DNA from: an uncultured Planctomycetaceae bacterium
GTDB lineage: Bacteria; Planctomycetota; Planctomycetia; Pirellulales; Thermoguttaceae
Length of the DNA stretch: 53,064 bases
NCBI GenBank assembly: GCA_964505295.1
Contig: CAZDHR010000002.1
Span: 1-53,064 of the forward strand
Direction: 5' to 3'
Shown in pieces: positions 22,201 to 34,200 of this stretch; positions within the stretch are counted from its first letter, which is position 1, and each line of letters begins with the position of its first letter. The notes below the pieces were generated by a model. That model worked only from the letters and a program-made list of their open reading frames with translations, had not been told where the DNA came from and ran no database searches. The position numbers and the translations under genes were made by a program.

Positions 22201-25200
22201 TTGCAGCAGGTTGTTCGCCAAATCCCGAATGGCCGCCGTGTTCGAGAAGGTCGTGTCGGGATTGAGCGGGTCGCTGTTGTCGTTGTTGTCGAGCACGATC
22301 CGGTAGACGTAGCCCGTCAGCCAGACGCCCGGCGCGGGCAGCAGGCGGATCAGGTTGTTGGTCGAGTTGTAGATGTACAGGTAATCCGTGCCCTGGTTCA
22401 ACAGGACGCCGTTGGTGTAGCCGGCGTCGCTCGGATCGTGTCGCCAGACTTGGACCGTCGACCCGTCCGCCAGGACCGAGTCGTCGATGCCGACGCCGCC
22501 CTCGTCCTGGAGTTGAATGGCGAACTCTTGGACCTCTTCTCCGATCAGGGAGACGTCGTGGCGTCTGCGCACCAGGTCCTTGTTATCCGGGTCGTTGTCC
22601 GCCGGCACGACGAGTTCCGCGGTGGGCCCGCTGAAGTCGACGCGGTCGATGGCCCCGCGATCGATGAACACGTCGCTTCCGAGGCCTTCGCCGGGCGTGT
22701 AGCTCGCATCGTCGAGGCGCTCCTGGCCGTACATGTCGAGCCCCGGCGCCACGATCGCCGACCCGGAAATCCCGACCGGGGCGAGCACCTGGTTCAAGTA
22801 CGTGGAACGCTCCTCCTTTTTGTCCTCGGAGCTGTCAATCGCCTGGGAGCCGGACGCCAGGTAGAAGTTGCCGTTGGCCGGATCGACGAACAGCGGATCG
22901 GTGTCGGCGATCACGAGTTCGAAGTCGTCGTATTCGCCGGGGACCGGCTTATCGCCGACGTTCTGATAGAGATTGGAGCCCAAAACCGTGTTGGCACTGG
23001 ACGAGGCGTCGACGCCAATGCCGGTATCGAGATTGGCCAAGATGTTGTTCATAATCGTCGGGCCGGCGTTGTCCGTCACCTCGACCCCCACGCCCGACAG
23101 GCCGTAAATCGTGTTGTTCACGATCCGCCCGAACGGAATCGCCCCCACCGGCTCGCCCGCCGCGTTCGTCTGGCCGCTGAACAGGATCCCCCCGTCGCCG
23201 CTGTAGGCCACCAGGTTGTTCTCGATCTGGATACCCGAGACGAGATCGTTGGGCGAATTGAGCGTTCGCCCCGACCCCGGGTGCGGCGAGTTGGACGTCG
23301 CATCGCGATCACCCGGCGCTATGGAGATCCCGTACTCGTCGGAGTACATGATGCTGTTGGCTTCGATCGTGATCTGCCCCTTCAGACGCTCCGAGTTCTC
23401 GTCGCCGCCGTACCGGGCGTCGAGGAACTCGGCCACGACCGTGCTGGTTCCGGTATCCACGGAGACGGCGTCCCACAGGTCGACCCGCTCGCTCCCCTCG
23501 AACTCGACGTAGTATTCAGCCATCCCCTTATTGGAGGCGTCGCCCTCGGTGATGCTGATCGACGAGGCCGTCACGTTGAGCAGGGTGGAGCTGTGGATGG
23601 CGTCGACCATCTTGTCGGCAACGTCGCTGGCGGTGTCGTCGGCGTCGTAGAAGATGGCGATCGCGTTGCCGCTGTCGCCGTCCAGCTCCGAGTCGAGGAA
23701 CATGAACGACTGGCTGTTCAGGCCGTCGTAGATCGAGAACTCGTCGCGATGGCCGATCTCCGTCGCCGGCGGGGCGAAGAGGGACCAGCCCTCGGTGAGC
23801 CGGTCGTTCGTGTGCATCCGTCCCTCGTTCGTGTACATCCCCGCGGAAACGGAAGCGTCGGCAAGGGACTCGTAGGTATCGATGCTGAGATACGGGCCGT
23901 CCGGCGGCGGAATGTAGTACGCGTAGTCGTCGGCGCGGCGGATCTCCACCTGGTAACTGCCTTCGAGAACGACGGGGGTGTCGTAGGGTCCCGGTGCCGC
24001 CTCGAAGGCAAAGGTCGGATCGTCGTCGGTCGGGGCCGCGGCGACCATCTGTCCGCGCTCGGCGAAGCCGATGATCACGTCGTCAATGTAGAAGCCCTCG
24101 TGGAGATTGTCCTGCCCCCGGTCGAACTGATTGAAACGGTTGGGGTGCGGCCAGCCGTAGTTGACGTTCGGGAAATCCCCGTCCAGGTCGCCGACCCGGT
24201 CGCCGAAATCCGTTCCCTGCATCCACCGCCCCTTCCCAAAATCACCCACCGCGTCCCGCGGCCCGGTCGTCGCGCCCAAGGGCCCTGGGTCCCAGACGTG
24301 GTGGCCGACCAGGTGCATCAGGTATCCGAGCGTGTCGTCGCGCTTGATCGTCGTCTCATCGTAGTTGCGTACGTCGCTGGTGCCGTCCCGATAGGCAGTC
24401 AGCGGCCCGGTCAGTATGACCCACTCGTCGTCCGCGCTGGTGGCGGTCACGTCGAGATCCAGCAACGTCCCGTCCGTGTCGATCGGCGTGTTGATCGCGG
24501 CCGCCATGCTCGCCGCGACCTCTTCCACCGTATCGCCGTAGTCGAACGATACGGCGACGCGGCCTGCCGCGACTTGGGAATTCCTGTCGAACTCGAAAAC
24601 GACCTCCATCGGCGTGCCGCCCGAGTCGACCCCGATAATCGTGAACGTGTCGCCGTCCGAGATATAGTTGTCGTAGTAGTTACTCTCGACGGCCAGAATC
24701 CGGTCGTCGTCGCCGCTGTAGTGGCGGTTGACCACGGCCGTTACGATCTCGGCGACCTCCACGTCGCTCATGTCGGCGCGGACGGGCACGCGCACGTTCC
24801 CCGGCGTGGTTAGCGTGCCCGGCGCATCGCCTTCCAGCTCCAGGGTCCGGACGGCCCCGCGCGGGACGGCCTGGGCGCCGATCAGCCATACCCGGTGGTC
24901 GTCGGGATACTGGTTGGCGGGCGCCCGGTACGCGAGCACGTCGAGCCCCGCCGCCGAGTTGATCCTGGCGGCCACGGCGTCGGCCACCTCCTGCGACGTG
25001 TCGGTGGCCGTGAAGGGGATCAGCACGTCGCTACTCGGCGACCCGCTCGGCGGGAAGTCGCTGTCGAACTCGAAGCGGACGGTGTTCCCGTCCTTGTCGA
25101 CCAGGTCGAAGTATTCCCCATCCTGGACCTTGGCCCCGGCGGCGTTGGGTACCAGGAACGAAAAGCCCATGTCGAACTCGAACGTGTCCGTCGAGCCGTC

Positions 25201-28200
25201 GAGGTTTCGGAGCGAGAACGTGTCCCCGTCCATGATCCGGACGGCGTCGACCGACGTGACGTACTCGCCGGTGGTCATCGGCATGCCGACGTCCATGTCG
25301 CCGGCCGTGTTGACCTCGAAACGGATTTGGAGCTCGTCCTCGCCGGCCCAGTTGCTCAGGTCGATCACGGCCTGGTGCCAACTGTCGCCCGTGTCGATGA
25401 TCTCCTTCATATACGTATCGGGCTCGCCGGGAGTCTCGATCCGAGGCGCGACCGAGGGGCGGCCGCGATCCGTGTTGGTGGCCAGCATCGTCCACTGGGC
25501 CCCGTCGGTCGAAATGTAGGCGCGGAGGCTGTCGTAGTTGTTGCTGTTTTCCGTCTCGGCGTAGTAGTTGAAGGTCAAGGTGGGCTTGTCGTGGCGGCTG
25601 TAGCCCTCGAGGCTGAACGTGCCGCTGGTCAGGGCGCCATAGGTCCCGCCGGGCATGTTGTACGTCTCGAAGAACTCAGTCTCGTCCGTATTGGGCCCCC
25701 GCCGGTAATTCTCTGCGCCGTTCTGGTCCTCGTTCCAGAGATTGTCGTTGTCCTTATTCAACCCGAAGTAGTAGCTGTGCCATCCAGAGACCCGGCCCGG
25801 GCCCGTATCCGTGTAACCGCGCGTGTAATTCAGGTAGCGGGAGTCGTTCACGCGGCTGTAGTCGAAGGTGGTCAGGACCGCGTGCCCCACGTCGTAGCGG
25901 CGGTGCTCGGTCTCGTGCCACAGGTTGTAATCGTTGGGTGCGAAAGTGACGCCCGCCGCACCCCACACGCCCGTATGGACGCGGTCGGCGCCGTCGAGGA
26001 AGATCGGTTGCAGCTCCCCTTCCGTGTTGAAGCAGTACAGGTAGCCGCTCGAGTCGGTGGCGAACAGCCATTCGGAATACCGTCCGTCTTCCACCGTTCG
26101 CGGCCCCGTGGTTAGGCCGCTGAACTGGATCGGCGAACCGTCGTGCTCGATGGTGGCGACGTAGGTGGTTTGTGGTCCGGCCGAGGCGTTGTACGAGATG
26201 TACTTGTAGCCTGATTGCGGGTCGACGAAGTGGAAGGAGTAACTGTTTCGGCCGATGTTGTCGACGGTGACCAATTCGCCCAGGTTGCTGACGGCATACA
26301 GCGTGTTGCCCACAAACGACATACCGGTCACTCTGCCCTGGGTGTTGATCACACCGTGCGGTATGATGCTGCTGAACATCCGCGGCGGACCGGTGGCGCC
26401 GCTTTGCTGGATCGCATCGCCGTCCGCGTCGTACATGTAGAGCAGGTTTTCGGTCGTGGGGATGTAGCCTCCCGGGTCGTACGGATTGCCGATGTCGCCG
26501 CAGACGTAGATGTATCGGGTGGTCCATGCCGCATCCGGCTCATGGGCCATCGCGTGGGGCTCGAAGCCGGAATTGGAACCGGTGTCTACTCGCAAAGACG
26601 TCGGATTATCAGGGTCGACTTCATAGATCACGATCCCTTCATCGTCATCCGTATAGGTGCCGCTCGTGCTTCGCGCGTCGCCCGTATCGAGGCGGCGGAA
26701 GTTGCCGACGCTCGGATTCTGATTGTAAGTGCCGCCGACATTGGTCATGCGCCCGGTGGCGGTGTACAGCCGGCCGTCGTTTCGCATGGCGATGTCGTCG
26801 TACCGCCGGTTCTGCCCGTTCGGCAGGTAGCCGTCCGGGGTCAAGTCGGTCTCCCGATAGCCGGTAAGGGGATCTACCGTGTAGAGGTCGTTCGTATCGT
26901 TGACAAACATCACGACGTCGCTGAGCGTGAACTCGTCCGGCGTCAGGGTCAGCCGCTGCGTATTGGAGGGCGTGTGAGCGTATGAGCTTGAGTAGTCTTC
27001 GACGTGCTCATCCGCGACGCGCTCCAAGCTGTCGATCGACTCGACCCGGACCAGCGGATTGGTGGCCGGATTGAGGGCCTCGGGCGTGGCCAGCGTCGAG
27101 GTGACGGCCATGTAGTACGTGCCTTCGGGCAGATAGACGGGGCCGATGTACGGGTCGGACACTCCCATCGAGCCCCGGCTGAGATCGTCGAGGTCGGAAT
27201 CGCCCGACTGATCGGGAAGGTCGTCCGCCACGTGCGATTGGTCGGAATAGAGGATCAGGCGTCCCGCGGAGTCGTAGATCGACACCTTGACGTCGGCCCG
27301 ACCCATGCCGTTGGCGTAATCGACGTCGATCGTCACGGGGAACACGTTGCCCGAGTCGCTTCCCGGAAGGCCCGGCACCGACTGAATCCCGTCGTAATCG
27401 ACTCGGAAGGTGTACCAGTCCACGTCCCTCCTTCCGTTGAGGTACCCGTCGAGCGCAATCGTGTTATTGTTGCTGGCCAACAGGTTCCCGATATCTTGGG
27501 CCAGGTCTCCAATTTGCCCCCCGGCACTTGTCAGGGTGTTGCTGGCGTCGCCGGCCTCGCCGGTCTCGGCCAGTAGCGGCGAATTGACCGGGAATCCCTT
27601 CACTTCGATGCCGTTGGTGGCGTAGCGGATGTCGGCATAACGGACGGTCGAGCCGGGCACTTCCTGCTTCTCTCGCAACCGCACCTGCAACTGGTACGTG
27701 CCGGAGGTGTTCGCCAGGTTGTCTAGGGGGCTGGTCGACGGATTGAACTGAACGTGGTACCCGTCCAGCCGCACCTTGTACTCGCCGCCACCGAGGTCCA
27801 CAACCGTAGCGTCGACGCCCACCGCGGGGTCGATCGCCGGGTTGGTCACCGACAAGCGATTGTTGATTGCGTCGGCGACTTCCTGGGCGACCTGGGCGGC
27901 CGTGTCGGCATCGCTGACGTCGATTTGAACCGCACCGCTGCCCGGATCCGAAAGGCCAAGCACGTACCCGGGTTGGTCGTCCGGATTGTCGAACTCAAAA
28001 GTGATCCGCGTTCCTTCGCCATTGGTGACCGTGAACTGCATTCCGTCGGCGATCCGGTCGCCCGGGACGATGCCGATGGCGAGGGTGCTGCGGACACGGA
28101 CGTAGTAGGTGCGCACTTCCCCTTCCGCGCCGGGAAGGACGAGCCGCATGCCCGCGTCGCGCTGGTTCGTGGTGTGAAAATCCTGATGCTGCCACTGGTC

Positions 28201-31200
28201 GCGATCCATCGTCTTGACGTGCAGGTCCGGGTCGGACTCGTAGAGCAGGCCGGTGTCGCCAAATTCGTCCTGGTCCGCCTCCTCGGCGACCGAGTTGTCG
28301 GACCGCGCCAGCACGTTGCCGTCGGCGTCGATCAGCTCGATCACGGTATCCAGGGCGTGGGTGGTGTAGTCGACGTCGATCCAGATTTCCGTGCCGGGCG
28401 TGGCGTCGAAACTGTACACGTCGGCGTCGGCCGGGTCGTCGTAGCGGATGTAACCGTGCACCTCGAACCCAAGCCGCTTGTTGTCGTCGCCGTCGGTCTC
28501 TTCCGTGGCGAGTTCGCCCAGGTGCTGGGGTTCCTGTGACGTGCCGTTGACGTCCTCGTGGGCGCCGTACGCCTGCTCCTCCTCGTTGATGATCGCCACG
28601 TTGCGATCGTTGCCGTATCGGTCGAGCCGCACGCTTCGCCAATGGCCGGGGGAGGGCATGCTCTCCGCGCCGTCGCCGTTGGTGTCGAACTGCGGCTGAT
28701 CGTCCAGGTCGAATCCGGCCCCGACCGTGTCGTCGGCCAGGGACGTGAGGACAACCGGATAACCGGGCATGCCCACGATGTAGAGGCTGCCGCCGATCCG
28801 ATCGTCGATTTCCAGCGGGCGGCCCGAGGCCGTGAAGCCGGCATCGTTGCCCGAAAGCTTGACCACGAGGCTCTCGCTCGAACTGCTCTGGAGCGTCAGC
28901 CCGCCCTCGTGGTGGTAGTTGGGGAGGGCGATCTCGCCGCGCAGCACGTGGACGACGTCGGTATCGTCCCAGATCGACTCGGTGGTCAGCGTCTCGTCGC
29001 GGATCTCGATGCCGTTGATGCCGTTGTCGGTCATCCGGTTATCGCGCACGAGCGGGCCGTGGTTGTCGTCGTAGGCGTCAAAGGCCGCCAGGCCGCCCGT
29101 CGTGCGGCCCCAATCGGACACGACCTCGGAAATCAGCGAGTTCGCGTTGATGCTGACGATCGGGCCGTCGTTGTCGATGAAATCGTTGCTCGCGATGACC
29201 GGCTGCGCGCCGCGCACGAAAATCGTCGCCGTTTGCACGGTACCGCGCCCGTTGCGGGTACCCCCTGCGCTGCCGCCGGTGTTGTGCTCGAACCGGGTGT
29301 TGGTAACCCGGACATGCGCCTGCTGGATCTCAACCGGATCGAAGCTGGCGTACCCCTCGCCTTCGATGGCCGACCGGCCGCCGGCGTACGCGATGATTGC
29401 CTGGTCGATGCTGGCCTCCGAAGCGGGCCCGAACCACAGGCCGGCCCAATCGCCCGCTCTCGGCGACCGCTGCGGGTCGTCGGGATCGTAGCCGTCCTCG
29501 GTCGTGTCGAACGTCCCGCCGGCCCCGTACCGGTCGTCTTCCAGCGAGGTGAACACGACTTTGTAGCCGGGGGCCCCGTCGACCGAGCCGGTGCGTCCCT
29601 CGGCGATGAACTGGGCGCTGGCCTCCGCCTCGATGCGGCTGCCGTCCAGCTTGACGACCAGACCGGGATCGATCCGCAGGCGGGCGTCGGTCCGCGCGGT
29701 GAGCGTGCCGGCGTCGTGCAACGAGTTGAGTCCCTCGGTGGAAATCATCGGCCCTTCGAGGACCAACTCGACGACGTCGCCCTCAGGCACCGTGTCGACG
29801 CGGACGTCGAGCCCTTGCGTGTCGTGCGCGCCGTTGATCGCGTCGCGGACGGCCAGCGCAACGTCGTTCGCCGAGCTGTCCTGGCTGAAGAAGACGGGCG
29901 TATGACCTCGCGCGATCACGTCGGAGCCGTCGCCCAACTCGAACTCGAAGACGACCTTCGTGCTGCCGTCGAAGATGGAGAACGTGTGGCCGTCGAGCAC
30001 TCCGCCGGCCCCGGGAAGCGAAGCGGCCGCCGTCTGGATGCGGTTCCCGTCCAAGAGCCGCACCGGTAGAGCGCTGCCGTCGGAAAGCGTATCGACCGCC
30101 GACAACTCGGGCCCACCCGGCGTCCCGCTGATGACCAACGTTTCCGAAAGGACGTGGACGATGTCGAGGTCGTCAAACCGGGCACACACCTCCAACTCAA
30201 TCGCGGAGCCGTCAGACGCCTCAATCCGCACGAACAGGCCGTTCGTCGAGTTCATGTGGACTTCGATGGGCAACGTGGGGTCCTCGGCGTACTCGGCGAC
30301 GAGTTTGTTGCCGTGGATTTCGGGCCCGACGCGATCGTAGTCGGCGGTGAACGGCTCGCTCCCATCCCAGTTCTCGAACTTCGTGTCGGCAAAACTGTTC
30401 GGGTCGGCCGACATCGCCGCGTCGGCGCTGTTGGTGATCGTGTTGTGTACGATGGTGGGACGGGCTTCCGTCATGTCAATCGGGTTGGCCACGGTGGACT
30501 GCCCGTCGATGACCACTTCGCCGCCGCCGTAGCGGACGTCGGCAAAAGCGACGTAGTTCAGGAAAATGCCCTGCACTTCCAGGACTTCTCGCGTGGCCAG
30601 ACCGCTGGACGGGTCGTAATCCTCGATGAAGTCGTAGTCGAGGTCGTTGCGGAAAATGAGCCCGCCCCAGTCCCCTTCCTCGGGAGCCGTATTGATCGTC
30701 GGCTCCGAGTCGACGCCCAGAGTCTCGTCGAAGTGGGAGGTGAAGTTCACCGATACGTCCGGGGTTCCCAGCACCTGCAAGGCGCCCTCGCTCCGGTCGA
30801 TACCCTCCGCCGAGCTGCCGACGCTGACGTAGCCTTCGGGCAGATTCGTGCGATCGCCCAGCTTCAACAGCGCCCCGGCGTCGATCATCAGCGTCGTCGA
30901 CCTGGGCACTTCCAGGGCCGTCCCGTCGTCGAGCGCATTGCCGAACGAATCGCGCCCGACCTCGTAGGGAACGTTGTCCAGATAGCTGGACGGATCGTTC
31001 GGATCGTCGTTCTCGTAGTTGTTACCCACCACTCGCACGATCAGGTTCTGATCCGGATCGGCCGCCACCCGCGCCTCGGCGTCCGCCAAGGCGACGTCGA
31101 TCGTCAAGTAGGGAGCTTCCAGCGAACCGTCGCGCCCGGCGGCATCAACGTCCTCGTGAAGCTTGTCGACGTTGTCGACGTAAATCGTGTTCGCTTCCGT

Positions 31201-34200
31201 CTCGACGTTGAACCAGAAGTTGTAGACGCCGCCGGGCACTCCGTCGGCGTCGCCGTCAAACCGAACGTTGTTGTCGGCGTCGACCAGGTACGTCGAGCCG
31301 TCGCCGATGAACGTGGACGGGTCGTCCGGATCGACCCCCTCGGGCGTGAAGTTCAGCCGCAGATCGTAGCGCCCCTGGGTAACGCCGCCGATACCCGTGT
31401 CGTCGATATTGGCGTCGTACATGTCGTTGCCGCTGGCCGTCACGCCGATGTAGTACGTGCCGGCCTCCAGGTACATCTCGAGGTAGGAGTCCTCGCTGTA
31501 GTAATCGTCGTTCTGGGCGAGCGCCCGATAGGTGGCCACCGGCTCTCCGTCCACGAAGGTCACGTACTGCTCGTACAAGACCAGCGTGGCGTCGAGCAGG
31601 CTCGAATCGTCCATGCGCTCGGCGAAGACCTCGGCGCTGAACACGCCGTCCTCGCCCAGCTCGAACTGGTACATGTCGATGTCGATACTCTCCGGACGGT
31701 AGAGGTGCCGCCCATGCACGACGTCGTTATCGCCCGGGTAGACCGAGTCGGCCGTGCTGGTGTAGTTCTCAATGTCCTCGTATCCCCCCATGATCGTTCC
31801 GATCGGCAGGTCGTACGCGTGCCCGAACCCGAGGTTGTGCATGATCTCGTGCATCGCCACGTTGAACCAGCGTCCGCCGTAGTGGCCGGGATCGGTGCGA
31901 AAATCCTCGAAATCCATCAGGGCCAATCCGTTCCCACCAACCCCCGCCACCTCCCCGGGACCCGACTCCAAGCCCACCGCGATCAAGTCGCCGGTTGCCA
32001 CTTGAATCCCCAGACTCTCCGTTTCGTAGAACTGGACCCCGAGGTAGTAGCCGAGCAGCTCGAAGATCTCCCGGGCGCGGTCCTTCTGCGCTTCGGTAAT
32101 CAAGTTGTGAAGCGGCTTGCCTTGCGCATCGTACCCGTACACGTCGGCGAAGTTGTACGGGATGGTCGTGACGCCGTCGACCGAATCGGCGTTGATGTCC
32201 GGGATATAGCTGCCCAGGAAGTCCGCGAAGTGATCTTCGATGGCGATGCCTTCGTGCCACGACAGGTCGCGGTGGCCGGGCTCGTCGATGGCCCCCGGCC
32301 ACTCCAGGCCGTAGGGCTGCGCGTCGATACCCGCCGAAATGATCAGGCTCTGCGGCGAGTCGCCGGTTCCGAAACCGCCCAGCCCCTGCGCTTCGTGGAA
32401 CGTGTCGCCCGCGTCGACCGGAAGCGACAAGACCACCGCGTCGTCCACGGTGATCTCGTTGTTCAGATTGACCAGCGCGACGTCGGCCGCGTCGAGACCC
32501 TCGTAGTTGGGGTCCGAGCTGGTGGCCGCCGCCGTCATCGCCAAGAAGAGAACGTCGCCATCATCCTCCAGATCGTCGACACCCGTCACGGTCACGGTTT
32601 GGGGCACGTTCCAGTTGGCCGGCGTGAACGTGAGGGTCGCCGGCCCGACCGTCCCCTCGGTCAGGTCGTTGGAGGATAGCTCGATTGCGACGTCGGCCGC
32701 CGGCTCCGAGTCCAACACGACCGTGAACACGGCCGACCCGCCACGCTCCGTGGTCTCCAAGCCGGAGACCGGCGTGACCGTGATCCCCGCCGTGTCGTCA
32801 TCGAGATTGGTCACCGAGACGTTGGGCGGGTTGATCCCGTCATAGTTCGGATCGTCGCTGGAGGCGGCGCCGGTGATGATGGAGTACGCGATGTCCCCGT
32901 CGTCGACGAAATCATTCTGCCCGGTCACGTACACCAGTTGCGGCACGTTCCAGAGGTTCGCGTCGTCGAACGTCAAGCTCGAAACCGACACGGTCCCTTC
33001 TGCGGTGTTGCTCGACGCGATGGGAATGGTGACCGACGTGCCGGCCTCCAGCGCGAAATCGAGGACCACGCTGAACACGGCCTGCTCGCCCGACTCGGTC
33101 GTCACCAAGTCCGGAGTCTGCCGGACGGTGATCCCGGGGACGTCGTCGTCCTGATTGATCACCCAGACGTTGTCGGCATCAATGCCGTCGTACAACGGGT
33201 CGTTGCTCACCGCCGGGCCGGTCAGGATGGTATAGAGAGCGTCCCCGTCGGCGATCAGGTCGTCGACGCCCGTGACGGTGACCCCTTGGGGTACGTCCCA
33301 GTTGGCGGACGTAAACGTCAGGAAGGCCGGGCTGACCGTGCCTTCCGTGAGGTCGTTGGAATGAATCTGGATGGTCACGTCCTGGGTGGGCTGCGAGTTC
33401 AGAACCACGGCGAACGTGGCCACGTCGCCCGACTCGGACGTCAGAAGCGCGGAATTCACCTGCGGCCCTTGATACTGTAGGACCCGGTTGTTCCACATGC
33501 TCGCGACGTAGAGGTCGCCGTCCACCCCGAAAGCCAACCCGCGGGGCCCGTTCAGTCCGCCGCTTCCGCCGGTCACAAAAGTGTCGATCAACGCGCCGGA
33601 GTTGACGTCGTAGCGCAGGACGCGATTGTTGTTATCGCTGCTCACGTACAGATTGCCGTCGGGCCCGAACTGCAAATCGGTGGGGCCGCTCAGCCCGCCG
33701 CCCGACGCGAAGACGCCCAGGGAGGTCCCCGTTGCATCGTAACGGAACACTTGATTGGTCCCGTGGCTGGCCACGTAGAGGTCGCCGGTCGGGCTGAAAA
33801 CAAGCCCCCAGGGCTGAGAGACTCCATTAACAAAATCGTCGATCCACGCGCCCGTCGTTCCGTTATAGCGGCGCACCTGGTCGCTACCGAAACTCGACAC
33901 GTAAAGGTTGCCGTCGCCACCGAAGGCCAACGCCGTGGGAGTGGTCGGCCCATTAACACCGGCCGCTACAAACACCCCGTCAAACCCGGTCGTCAGGTCA
34001 TAGCGAAGCACGTTGTCCGAACCGAGGCCGGAGACATACAGCTTGCCGTCCGGCCCGAACGTCAGGCCCGAAGGCTGGGTGAGCCCGTCCGTGGCGGTAT
34101 CGGCGAAGACCCCGACGAATGCGCCCGTCGTTCCGTCATAGCGGAGAACCTGATTGGTTCCAGAACTGGCGACGTACAAGTCGCCGTCGGGCCCCCCGAA

